DNA of 64,000 nucleotides from Octopus sinensis (lineage: Eukaryota), in the NCBI RefSeq assembly GCF_006345805.1, contig NC_042999.1, forward strand, positions 60,450,001-60,514,000, in the 5' to 3' direction. Positions 23,489 to 35,915 of this stretch are shown one piece after another. How positions within the stretch are numbered: the stretch's first letter is position 1; the number at the start of each line of letters is the position of its first letter. The translations under genes and the position numbers were made by a program. The notes beneath the pieces are model-generated. The model saw only the letters and a program-made list of their open reading frames with translations, made no database searches and had not been told where the DNA came from.

Positions 23489-24041
23489 GCCCTGATGCAG
23501 TATCAGGCAGTGGCTCTCATGGCTTCTGATCTTAACTGATTGGAAGTGTCATCGTGTACGTTGTTTTGTCTTGGTATAAAAGATGGGCTACAGCAAATAT
23601 TCTGCACAATACCACAGATTTGCTTGTCAGTTGTTTGACCTTAACCAGTTGAGCATGTCCCTTAGTGGCTGACGATATGTGCATCTCTGATCACGAGCAG
23701 AAGTAGTGGGGGAGCATCATAGCCATGTGTTGAGCGGGATTCTTTGGGGTTTTAATAATTCACCTCTGGAAACATGGGTGGTTCTTTCAACATCCTTAAA
23801 CAACCCTTATTCAGGGACCTTTTGAGCGGGATGGGCTACTCGACCTGAAGAAAATTCTAACTGGGCCCCACCTGCAAGGTCATGCGCTGTTTACCTTGAT
23901 ATGAGATCACCATGTCGCGCACATATGGTTGTGATGCATGTGCCTGGTGTACCCTTATCAGACGGGTAGTCATGATGGGTATATTGGTTTCATATATTTT
24001 ACCCCAGTGTCACTTTGATGGCATGCACTGCTCTCTCACTC
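23485..24041 (+). mobile_element. About 557-bp non-coding element flanked by (TAA)n, copy 2
   Basis: (aat)n-aaatgccctgatgc...gcactgctctctcactc-(aat)n; no ORF and no tRNA A/B boxes seen. Confidence 0.8.
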
Positions 24042-24170
24042 AATAATAATAATAATAATAATAATAGTATTTTTATTTGCCACCAGGACGTAAGATGATG
24101 GAGAACAATACAAAGACAAACATAAAGTGCTGAGGTTTACATAGAAATAAATGATACATAACAAAAACAT

Positions 24171-24232
<62 letters not shown>

Positions 24233-24263
24233 CTATACAATATGTTACATTACTCGGTAGTCA

Positions 24264-24326
24264 AGATAAAACTCTGAGTTTCAGATGCCGAAGTGGAAAT
24301 CCACAACACCATCTCTTCGGTTATCT
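24264..24326 (-). ncRNA. Hammerhead motif (mirror copy in the inverted pseudo-LTR)
   Basis: Exact reverse complement of 26419-26481. Confidence 0.65.
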
Positions 24327-24594
24327 GGCTATTTGAAAACGTTATGAAAAAATACCGTTAAAAATGAAGGGAAATTACTCTGTTATAACTCTGCTTTGCC
24401 TGCGTACTTATACATCGCTCGCATTTTTCGTCATAAAAATTATATAAAAATACATAAAAATATATAAAAATATATAAAAATATATAAAATCTTCTTGGGA
24501 CATAACACAGAAAGCATGTTCTATCCGTTTTCTTTAGGGGATAGCGTCATCGCCGCTAAACTTAAATTAGATAAAACTTAAATTAGGTAAAAAA

Positions 24595-26223
24595 AATAGA
24601 AACCCTCTCCCAAAAAGAGGCCTTTATTACTATTAAAGACCACAAAGAAAACTTCCTTTCCAACCCTAAATGTAGGCTTATCAACCCAGCCAAGTCAGAA
24701 CTAGGGATTATTAGCAAAGAAATTTTAGATAAAATAAATACGAAAATTAAGACCGATACTAGGCTAGTGCAATGGTCCAATAGTATAGAAGTCGTAGACT
24801 GGTTTAAAGCTATTAAGAATAAGAAAAAAGCGAGGTTTACACAATTCGATATTGTTGATTTTTATGCCTCTATCTCTAAAGAACAGCTAGATAAAGCCCT
24901 AATCTTCGCTAGTGACTTCATAGAAATTAGTACCAATGATAAGGATATAATCTTCCATGCTAGAAAGACATTACTTTTCAGTGAGAATGTAAAGTGGGTA
25001 AAAAAGACCGACACGGAGGGCGCTTTCGATGTGAGCATGGGTTCATATGATGGGGCAGGCATCTGTGATCTAATTGGACTCTTTCTCCTAGATACCTTCG
25101 GTAAGACATTCCCTAACGTACATTTCGCCATCTACAAAGATGATGCCCTCGCCTTAACAGCTAATACAAATGGACCAGCACAAGATCGTTTTAGGAAGGA
25201 TATTATCCAGTTAATGAAACACTTCGGACTTAGTATAACTATAGACACTAACCTGACGGTTGTCAATTTCTTAGACGTTTCCTTAGATCTTAATAATAAT
25301 ATTTATAAGCCTTATAGGAAGCCCAATGATAGACTAAGTTATTTTAATGTAGGTTCATGCCATCCCCCTATAGTATTCAAAAATTTAGTTAAAAATATTA
25401 GTAAGAGGATTTCTAGCCTCTCATCTAATGAGGACATCTTCAATAGCGTTGCCCCAGTTTATAATAAAGCTTTAAAAGATAGTGGTTTTAGCGAAAAAAT
25501 AAAATATACACCTATCACCAGCCCAACAATAAGGAAAAGGAATAATAGAAATAGGAAGGTCATCTGGTTTACGCCCCCTTACTCACCCGAGGTGGCCTTC
25601 AATATAGGTAAATATTCCTAGCACTGATAGATAGACATTTTCCAGTTAACCATGCTTATAGGAAACTCTTCAATAGACACAATTTAAAAATTAGTTTTAG
25701 TTCAACTACCAATTTTAAAAACATAATCAATCATAACATACAAAAAACACAAGAAGAAAACAGCTGTTCATGCAGGAATAAAGAATTGTGCCCGCTAAAT
25801 GGAGCTTGCATGTCCAAGACCATCATATATGAAGCTACCGTAAACTCTATAACCACTAAAGACACCGTTTCGACGAAGAAATACGTGGGCCTGACAGAGG
25901 GTAATTTCAAGGCCAGGTTCAATAACCACACTTTGAGCTTTAGGCACTGGAACAAAAGAAAAGCGACACAATTATCCAATCATATTTGGTCTTTAAGAGA
26001 TAAAGGTGTCGATTATAACATACAATGGAAGATTTTGGCCAGATGTAAGCCCTATACTAACGGCAGCGGAAGGTGCGGTTTATGCGACATGGAGAGATGG
26101 CTTATCTGGAAAAGCAGCTTAGACCCTACCACATGTCTAAATACAAGGACAGAGCTTTTCGGATCATGCCCACATGTGACTAAATTTTTGTTACGTTTTT
26201 GGTCCCCTAAAGAAAACGGATAG
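24595..26223 (+). CDS. PLE RT-GIY-YIG polyprotein, one frameshift near 25613
   Basis: Frame is open from about 24595 to 25621; restoring one A in ggtaaatattcc joins it to the frame containing ORF 25786..26223. Confidence 0.85.
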
Positions 26224-26418
26224 AACATGCTTTCTGTGTTATGTCCCAAGAAGATTTTATATATTTTTATATATTTTTTATATATTTTTATGTATTTTTA
26301 TATAATTTTTATGACGAAAAATGCGAGCGATGTATAAGTACGCAGGCAAAGCAGAGTTATAACAGAGTAATTTCCCTTCATTTTTAACGGTATTTTTTCA
26401 TAACGTTTTCAAATAGCC

Positions 26419-26481
26419 AGATAACCGAAGAGATGGTGTTGTGGATTTCCACTTCGGCATCTGAAACTCAGAGTTTTATCT
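26419..26481 (+). ncRNA. Hammerhead motif, U4C core
   Basis: agataa-CCGAAGA-gatg...gtgg attt ccac...catc-t-GAAA-ctcagag-TT-ttatct. Confidence 0.68.
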
Positions 26482-26700
26482 TGACTACCGAGTAATGTAA
26501 CATATTGTATAGATAAATTTCCTCTATTTACATAATATTGAGGTCTCTTTCTTTCTTTTGTTATCTTACCGTTTTATCAATATATATATATATATATATA
26601 TATGTATGAATATATATATATAAATATAAAGACTTTTTCAATTCCCGAGCGTTATACTAATACATCAGTTTGTTTTTTACACCACATGTCTTCGTCTTTT

Positions 26701-27015
26701 TATCGAACAAATCGATACCAGGTATTATTATTTTATTTGTGTAAGCCTAGTACTTATTCTATCTGATCTCATTTGCCGAACCGCTAGGTAACGGGGACGT
26801 TAACACACTAACATCGGTTGTAAAGTAATGGTAGGGGGACAAACACAGAAACACAAAAACACACACACACACACAGATATATATATACGACGTGCTTCTT
26901 TCACCTTCCGTCTACCAAATCCACACACAAGGCTTTGGTCAGCCCGAGGCTACAGCAGAAGACACTTGCTCAATGTGCCATGCAGGGGGACTGAACCCGG
27001 AACCACTCCTGCTCC
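26701..27015 (-). mobile_element. SINE family A (truncated), preceded by a PLE pseudo-LTR remnant at 26645-26700
   Basis: Family A consensus motifs; gagcgttatactaatacatc..gtcttcgtctttt remnant. Confidence 0.8.
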
Positions 27016-27356
27016 TATATATGCTATAAATAAAATATAAAAGAAGCATACACTGTATACAACAGTAAAAAAAAAGTAAAAGAAAAAAAAGAGAGATGAT
27101 GATATTACGCTGATACAGGAGGATCTCTAGGGATAATCTAGGAACCACACCGTCCATGATTTCCCTGTTGTTGTTGTTGTTGTTGCTATTGTGGATGTTG
27201 TTGGAGTAGTTGGAGGTGGGATGAAGATGAAATACATGCTTGTCGTTTTTTTATTTTTTAAAATTTTTTCTTGAGTTCTCGGAGTGGGGCTCTGAACACC
27301 GCAGCATCTTCGCTTCGCATCTTTATATACATTCACATATGCAAAAATATATATGC

Positions 27357-27400
<44 letters not shown>

Positions 27401-28084
27401 GACATATTGATATACATTTATATAACCACAGAGAGAAAGATTCTGAGCCTGACGTCTAGCTCCCTAGAAATATATATATAGATATACACTTATAACTAGT
27501 CCAAGAACTGTGGGTTGCACATTATGATCTATGGTTAAGAGATCCGCATTGCTTCTTTATTTTTCTTAGAATAATGCAATAGAATGTATGGTTACAATTG
27601 TAAGACATTCCTTTGTTTGAATGGTAGTTCACCTCAAATTGCATTTAGTGTGAGAACTTATACAGGAATTTGTTTTAGAGGGACAAGGTCCAGGGTGCTG
27701 ATACCTGAGATCATCTTAAGTCGGTAATCTTTATGAATTAACACAGATTAACAAACTACTTGGGGTAATGGTGCCGAGACATGAGAACATCTGTACAGCT
27801 ACCTCAGGAACAGTTTAAAGCTTAAGTATTCAACAAAGTCACAAATGTTTAGCAGTTAAAGGCCATCAGGTAGAATAGTTGTAATTTTGGGGCATTTCAA
27901 TAAATTCTAAAATTTCTCTTTCTAGACAGTTCACCATCCTTTCTACTAAAGGCACAAGGCCGGAAAGTTTGATGAGAGAGAGCAGTGAAACTGAACCTGG
28001 AACAATGTGATTCGTAAGCAAACTACTTACCACACAGCCACTCCTACGCCTCATAATGATAATAATAATATAATAATAATAATA

Positions 28085-28121
<37 letters not shown>

Positions 28122-28427
28122 CGACGACGATGACGACGACCGCGATAATGATGACGATGATGTAGAGGATGATGATCCTCATCAAATTTGATTTATTGGT
28201 TTATTTACTTATCCTTCCTGTTCTAACAAAATCCTCCAGCAACTTCTGTTTCCTCCTCCACATACAACCACTGTCATCTCATCACTGTTAAAATCTATCA
28301 ATTTGCTTGGTTTCTCATCAAAAATTTTCATTTATAAATATTTAGTGCTTAATGTACATATTCAAATTCCAGTTATTCGAAGTATGTCGTATTTCTTTTA
28401 TTTCTCTGCAATAAATGTTGAATGCTG

Positions 28428-28558
28428 CTACTTCCGTGCTTGTCGCCGCTGTAATATTAATAACAGCACAACCAACAAGAAAAATTGCAGCTAATCCTAT
28501 TAATACTTCTACAATAATTTGTTTCTGTCATGAACTTACTGATCGGTCAGAACAGTTC
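28428..28558 (-). pseudogene. Possible disrupted terminal transmembrane exon
   Basis: After a pyrimidine-rich tract and cag: NCSDRSVSS*QKQIIVEVLIGLAAIF/LLVVLLLILQRRQARK*. Requires reading through one TGA and removing one T from a T5 run. Confidence 0.3.
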
Positions 28559-29585
28559 CTGCTTTACGGATATGGAATGATACATCAAGAGAAGAATAAA
28601 TAATTTGGAAATAATTTCTCTTCAAATATTTCATATTTGATTTCAGTGAATTTGTCTGTTGTCTACTTTCATATACACACTTCCTATTCCATTGTTCGTA
28701 TCAGTGCAATAATATAATATATACATCTATAATTTAACAGCATATATCATACCCTCACATTCCAATTTCTAAATATTGATGGAAAAGTATTATGGAAAAC
28801 AAATGCAATGACATATGGTACTGTCTTTCTTCAAACATGTAGCTTAAGTAAACGAATCTATTTGTGCTTTTAGCTCCAACTTTAGGACATCAGCCTCCTC
28901 ATTTTTATCTTATATATAACAGCGAAGCTTTAACGAATTGCTCATAACTGAATACAGGAATAGTCATAGGATTTGGCATATTATCTTCTTAGTTATACTT
29001 TCCCAGTTCAGTCTCATAAAGTGTCGCTTTTGTTAAGTTTACTTGGAATTACTTTTAAGAATAAAATTGGGTAAACACAAACTGTGTTTTTTCGGAGAGG
29101 TTGTACATGTTCTTTCTTGTACAGAATTCATAACCCAGTCTAACACTGCTTCACAGAACATAGGTACCTCTCCCACTAACGATCAACCCACGTTGGGGTA
29201 TAATGAATAATCTATAAGTTGTAGATTGTTCTTCCCTTTTTCTCTACCAGTTTTCAACTCTTTGTATAAAAGTGTAATGAATACGGCTTATGATTTTCTG
29301 GACAAGCCATAAATAAAGAGGAGCAAGGCAGAGAACGATCATCCCTAATCTCATTCCAGTGTAGAAAAATATTGGATATTTCACTAAGGTGTATGTTATG
29401 AAGTAACATAATATTATTGAATTCCTATCCATTGCAGCTACTGCTGCAGAATAATAGAGGACCTCTATTGCTCCCAGGTCTTACTCAGATTTACATCGCA
29501 TCCAATAAGTTTCCCTATTTATTGCTAATTCCTGTGATACGAATAAGAATAAAATTTATTTCTTCTCTGTATATGTGTGTATATA

Positions 29586-29637
<52 letters not shown>

Positions 29638-29712
29638 ATACACACATGTATATGTGTATATAATGTTTATGTATACATACATTCATACATACATATAAAC
29701 ACATGTTTATAT

Positions 29713-29983
29713 ATTCTTTTATTCTTTTATTTGTTTCAGCTATTTGACTGCGACCATGCTGGAGCACCGCCTTTAATCGAGCAAATCGACCCCAGGACTT
29801 ATTTTTCTTAAGCCTACTACTTATTCTATCGGCCTCTTTTGCCGAACCGCTAGTTGACGGGCACGTAAAGACATCAGCAACGGCTGTCAAGCGATGTTGG
29901 GGGTCAAACAGAGACATACAAACATATGCATACGCACACACACACATACATACACACATACACACACACGCACACACACACAC

Positions 29984-30033
<50 letters not shown>

Positions 30034-30196
30034 GTCAGGCTTCTTTCAGTTTCTGTGTACCAAATCCACTCACAAGGCCTTGGTCAGCCCGAGACTACAG
30101 CAGAAGACACTTGCCCAAGGTGCCACGCAGTGGGACGGAACCCGGATCCATGTGGTTGGTAAGCAAGCAACTTATCACATAGCCACTCCTGCGCCT
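29713..30196 (-). mobile_element. SINE family A, full length with expanded internal microsatellite
   Basis: Consensus head and tail. Confidence 0.87.
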
Positions 30197-30244
30197 ATAT
30201 ATATTAATGTCTTTGCATTTTGGAAAGTGTTCGTCCACCACAAT

Positions 30245-30410
30245 CAATGCTGGTTTGTTCATATCCACGTGACTTCGCCTTTCTGCAAATGAGTCCGGTA
30301 GAATAAGTACCAGATTTCAAAAAGTAATACTGGGCCCGGCTTGTTATACTAAATCATTCAAATCGGTGCTTCATGATGAGCGCAGTCCAGTGACTGAAAC
30401 AAATAAGAGA
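30245..30410 (+). mobile_element. Old, degenerate SINE family A tail
   Basis: ccggtagaataagtaccag...cgcagtccagtgactgaaacaaataagag. Confidence 0.6.
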
Positions 30411-31469
30411 CGATACCGCCACTCATGATTTTTCGATCATCTTTCAACTTTATATATTCTTATTATAACCAATATTGCTAACATAAAGGTAAATAAAAGC
30501 ACACATCTTGCATTTTCATCCTTTATAAATCATCGTTCTTCATAATCGATATATTGCATTTCCTTCTTACATCATACCTAATGATCTAACTTATTCTAAA
30601 TATAATAAACGATTCTTTCTTCATATCAGTAATACCATTTGAACATATATCAACTCCTTTTCTAAATGCTTTTTGCTACAGAAAATTATTTCGTTTATCT
30701 TTTATTGCTAAAAAAATATATAATAGGGCTTTTGTTAAATTGAATAATAGATAACTAGAAGTAATAACATAGAAAATAAAATTAAAAATATTCGAAGGAA
30801 AACTAATAATATGTGTAGTGCAAAACAAAGAAACCTAATTATTAACTGTGTGTAGTTATTTCAGAATTATTAATGTTAGATGATCTTAATTCAAACTGAC
30901 AATGAAGAAGAATCACGTGATTTTTTTTTTTTACGTTCGTTTCATATATGTCAACGATTCTATTGCTATATTCTCCATTTTCTTTCGCTTTTCTTTTCTT
31001 TTCTTTCTTCTTTCAATTTTCTTTCCTTTCTTACGCCATTATAGAAAACTCACAGGAAATGCATATAATTTGGCACGGAATTTTCTTTTAACATTCATTT
31101 CTTACTTTGTTTCTGAAGACAAACATATAATAGAAAATATATTAGCTTAAAGAATTTGAAGGACATGATACTTGAATTGTAATAGAATGCGAACGTAGCT
31201 GCATTGTCATTAAATAGCTCCTGGATATTCATTACAAATTTATATTGAATTCAGTGTTCAATCAATTTCATGGATCTGTCAACAATAACTTTTGGAAATA
31301 TAATATATTTACACCTTTCTTTAAATAAAAGTTGGTATATAGGAATTAATCAAAATATTTATAGCCTTCTTAGCTAACGTACATATTAGCATGTTTGTTT
31401 AAATGACATATCAATATAACGTGCACACACATGTCCAGATATGAAGGATACCAGGATATATATATATAT

Positions 31470-31528
<59 letters not shown>

Positions 31529-31661
31529 GTATATATATACACACACCTATATATGTGTTTATATATGTATGTATATACCTATATAATTGTGTATATATAT
31601 ATATATACACACAACATACGATATATTTACATATATATGTATTTACGTGCTATCTGAGTAT

Positions 31662-31720
31662 ATTCCACTGATGAAGGCAGAGCATTTCTTATGCGAAGCC
31701 AGAAATCCGGGATCTCGAAT
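31662..31720 (+). ncRNA. Type I hammerhead motif in a (TA)n-associated module (31640-31945)
   Basis: attcca-CTGATGA-a-ggc...gca tttctta tgc...gcc-a-GAAA-tccggga-TC-tcgaat; one stem I mismatch, AUC triplet. Confidence 0.7.
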
Positions 31721-32670
31721 TAACCAGTAATTTTTTTTGCTAGTTTATTTTGTCTCTTTGTCTTCTCTCATGGTACTGTATGAAAATTAAATATGGTTTT
31801 AGAGTCAAGTTTTGGCTGCTATTTCCAGCGTTGTGGTATCTCTTACATAGCCTAAATTGTAATTTTAATAATTATTATTACCTTCGAAGGTTTTTATTCC
31901 CATGCTGGCCACCTTATAAGATTGGTATGTAAATAACGATCTTATATATATATATATATATGTGTGAATAAAATTTATATACACTCTGTATATGTATGTA
32001 TGTCTCTCGCTTTCTCTCCCTTTATATATAAAATATAGAGGCACAGGAATTAGTAGGAATGCAAACCAATATTAACGCGCACTATTCAATTTCTCCAGCG
32101 ATTTCATTGATTCCAACATAGTTGCCAAGCATCGAAATTGGTGTCAGTCCGTCTTTCGGTTGGATCGATGCGAATGTTGAGAAACTTATTATTTGAACGA
32201 ATCAGACGAAGATGCAGTGATGCGGCTGTTATTACTATCCTATCATCGCTGAAGTGAAATTCGATGTTAAAATTACTGTTATTGCTTTAGTGTTCCTTCA
32301 CCAACCGTTATAGATTACTCATATAATGTTTCACCATGCTTTCGCGTTTTAGTAGAGATTTAATCGCTTCTAAATTTAGCTAGAATGTAGTTACGTTATT
32401 GTAAACATGCCTTATTGGTATTTATAGAATAATGTTTTTTTTTTCTTTTATTCTGAATGATTCAGAAGCAAACCAATTTACTGAATATCTCAGAGCTATC
32501 TTCTATCATCGTTAAACTTTCCAATCTTTCTTTCCATATAGCAATCTATCACAATTTAACAATACTTACAATACTAAAATAAACTTCTCTGGCTATAACA
32601 ACTAAACCTATCTTCTATACTTCTGAACTAATCGCATTTATTAGTCATTTTGTAATGTTTACCTCCGCAG

Positions 32671-32933
32671 GAAAGGTTTGTGACTACAACTTATATAAGA
32701 CGACTAGAACAGATCCGGTTTACAGTTCTAGTCAAACCATCGTGGGAGAAAATGTTGGGAATTGTATTCTATCGAATACTAATCCAGGGATTGAAGGATT
32801 AAGTGTAGGGATTTATTTAAGGGCCTGCAGTATAAACAACCAATGGTTGGCCATAGGAGGAAAAACGAGTGCCTCGAGAGGTGATGGCACGACGTGGCCA
32901 GTCCAGAGAAGCAGATACTTCAGTAGTTGCGGT
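32671..32933 (+). CDS. Candidate coding exon, unknown Cys-containing protein
   Basis: tttacctccgcag acceptor (phase 1), open frame KVCDYNL...YFSSCG, GTAAGA donor at 32934, GC richer than flanks. No family recognised. Confidence 0.4.
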
Positions 32934-33270
32934 GTAAGAGGCAGTGAGTGGACAAAAGATATTCATGGACCAAAGTTGTTTGATATATATTTGTCAGCCC
33001 CGGCTGACCACTTTTTGGATGCCGTCTCGGTTGTCTACATTAAACAATTGTATCAGTATATATACCTATATTTAATCATATAGACATGGATGCATGACTG
33101 ATGTATGTGCGTGTGTATATATGCGTACATTTCCCATTGATGAAACAAAAAGTAAATACATCAGATGTATATATAAACACACAGGCATACACACACACAC
33201 ACACACACGCACGCACACACACACACACACACATACACACACACACACACATACTCGCATGTGCTGATAA

Positions 33271-34075
33271 TGGGTTGGCGAAAATGTTCACACCGGTTTT
33301 TAAGTGAAATTAAGACAAGTTGTAAACACACAGCGATTTATTTAATCAATGATATTACTGTGTCGTTCCAGCATCATCTGCTTGTATCTTGAGGCCAGGT
33401 CCGCCATTCTTTACTCAAAGAATCTCTTATCTTTACAGGAAAAAATTAGTTTCCAGGTGAATTTTTATATACAAAGAATTTTGAAGAGCTCGAAACAGGT
33501 AGAAATCAGTAGACCTAAGGTCTACAAAGGTCTGCAGTGGCATTGGCAAAATGAAAAACAATGAACGTCCTTACGACGAGAAAGTATTGGACGCTTCTGA
33601 AGGGTTGCTGTGTCTAATTTGTTTACCTGGTCGCAGTTCTCCTCCAAATCTATGGCCCTGCCGTGGGAGAGAAGCTCGTAAAATACAACACCATCCCACA
33701 TCTCACAAAATTTATCGCAGAGACTTTTTCGGGTGAGGTCCTGCTTTGGATATTGTTTGTGGTGATTCATCACGCTTTCATCGTGATTGTTACGCTTCAC
33801 ACTGTTATGGATGATCCATTTTTCTTCCCCTGTCACATTTCTCTTCCAATTTTTTTTTACGTTTCTGCAATGAATCGCAGGTAGAAATCTACTGAACGAG
33901 GTGAGCCTGACCTAGCCTAGTTGATGCAGAAGAATTTCAGTACTCGATTTGAATATTTGAGATATATCTGCGATCAACCTGATTGTATTATATGTATTTG
34001 TGTCTCTATCAATCTCAATTGGCTGGTCAAAGTGAGTTACAACTTGAACCGAAATAATGAAAACCACTTTTAAAA
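33271..34075 (-). mobile_element. Degenerate mariner (DD34D) transposon
   Basis: MTGEEKWIIH..WDGVVFYELL..QKRP (ORF 33522..33836) and DLGSTDFYLFRALQN downstream; multiple frameshifts. Confidence 0.82.
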
Positions 34076-34439
34076 CACACGTTCGTAATAACATTCTCTC
34101 TGTACACAGAATATAACTTACTATAGATTTCAGATTCTTTATTGCCTACGTATTTTATATAAATAAAAAAAGGATCAGTATGGAGAACCAAATCGAAGAT
34201 TATCGATACCTAAGCATACAAGTTACAACCAGTTTCGTCGCAGGTCCACGTCGAACTACATTGAAGCATCAGCAATTTAACGGTTGCATGTATGCAAGAG
34301 AGAGAATGCCGTTAGCTACTTGTAGTTGAGTGTCGACAAAATTTGAACGGACATTATAGGTCAACCTAATATAAGAATACGTATCCCAAATTTCTCTCAG
34401 ACAAGAATACAAGTCACTTAAGTCAGGTAATGACATATA

Positions 34440-34543
<104 letters not shown>

Positions 34544-35147
34544 CATACATATATATATATATATGTATAATGTGGCACTCCTGGATGGGACGAATGTTAC
34601 TGACCCAACCAGGATTGCCACATTATGTTAGCAAATAGTTTTTACTTTAAAGTGCTGTTACGGAATGAATGTCTCTCTTTGAGAGATTTAGAAATATATA
34701 TATATTATATATATATAAAGGATACCTGCATGCACATATATATATGTGTGTGTATATATAAATGTATGTATACATACACGCATGCATACCTACGCGTGCC
34801 CATGCACACACATTGTTAGGCATGCAATCAAAAATCCAATACAAGAGAAACAGAAATTCCTTTCGATTCAAACAATTATTTATCTGCGCAAAATCTAACA
34901 CATGAAGTGCTAGGACAAAATTATCACTTCCATACATTTTTTGATAGGATATTTACAATATAATTTTCTATATAACATTTATTTACTATATGAATTAATT
35001 AAGAAAATACAAACGATTATTTCTTTTAAAGCACTAATTTTATTTTAATATATAATATTATCACTCAGTATGATCAGCGAAGTTGCTATCTACGCACGTT
35101 CAAATACATGCAAGCACACTGACATACACACATACACACACACATAC

Positions 35148-35183
<36 letters not shown>

Positions 35184-35856
35184 ATATATAGTCACAGACA
35201 CTTAAATACATATATGTATATATGCATAATGTATACATACACATACACACACACACACACATATATATATATTAGAAAGAGAGAGAGGGAGACATATAAA
35301 ATGTTATATGTATATGTGTGTGTGTGTATAGTTTCCTGTGTGCGAATGTGCATACGTATCAATACGTCTATGTCACCTTCATGTGCGCACAAGGAGTGTT
35401 TGTGTGTGTGTGTGTGGACGCACGCGTGCGCATGTGTGTGTGTGTGCCTGTGTGTGTATGTTTGTGCATGAATGGGAGAGTAACAAGTTACAAATTATAT
35501 GTCTGTCTTTTATTAACTTTTGTACAGTAAATTAATATATTATAAAGAATATGTTATGCTAGTTGAATAATGAAAAGAAACACGTCTCGTTCTTAGGTAA
35601 TTAATTTCAAAATTTTAATTATTTTAGTGTATACCAGAATATTAATAATTCATTATTAATTGTGGCAAATATAATTGTACAAGTACACTTCTCTCTACAT
35701 TTCAGAAGCAGGTGAAGTCTAGGTACTTGATTTATTTGTTTTTACACCGGATGTGGTGAACAATAGCATCGTTCACTGCCTCTCTAGGTTTCTCAGTAAA
35801 ACGTGGACAGGCACGTACACATACACGCATACAGTAGCATGGAAAACGGGCGTTGC

Positions 35857-35915
<59 letters not shown>

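Larger units (their letters stand above)
24230..26580 (+). mobile_element. Naiad-like Penelope element with inverted 5' pseudo-LTR
   Basis: FITIKDHKENF..PKCRLINPAKSELG, FDIVDFYASI, MGSYDGA, YKDD; CSCRNKELCPLNGAC..IIYEA..YVGLTE..FKARFNNH..CGLC. 24230-24541 is the reverse complement of 26203-26515 with one 1-bp indel. Confidence 0.88.

Noticed and set aside
25660-26223. Selenocysteine recoding reported for some Naiad elements
   Set aside because: No in-frame TGA in the reconstructed frame; Cys positions use TGT/TGC. The SFSS motif has TCA, which is not evidence.
27127-27260. Thr/Pro-rich ORF tail (PPPTTPTTSTIATTTT)
   Set aside because: Derived from a (GTT)n repeat, with no credible splice acceptor.
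32880-32920. LLWTGHVV on the minus strand resembling the LINE RLRWxGHV motif
   Set aside because: Flanking residues do not follow the LINE consensus; a short chance match, though it lowers confidence in the plus-strand exon call.
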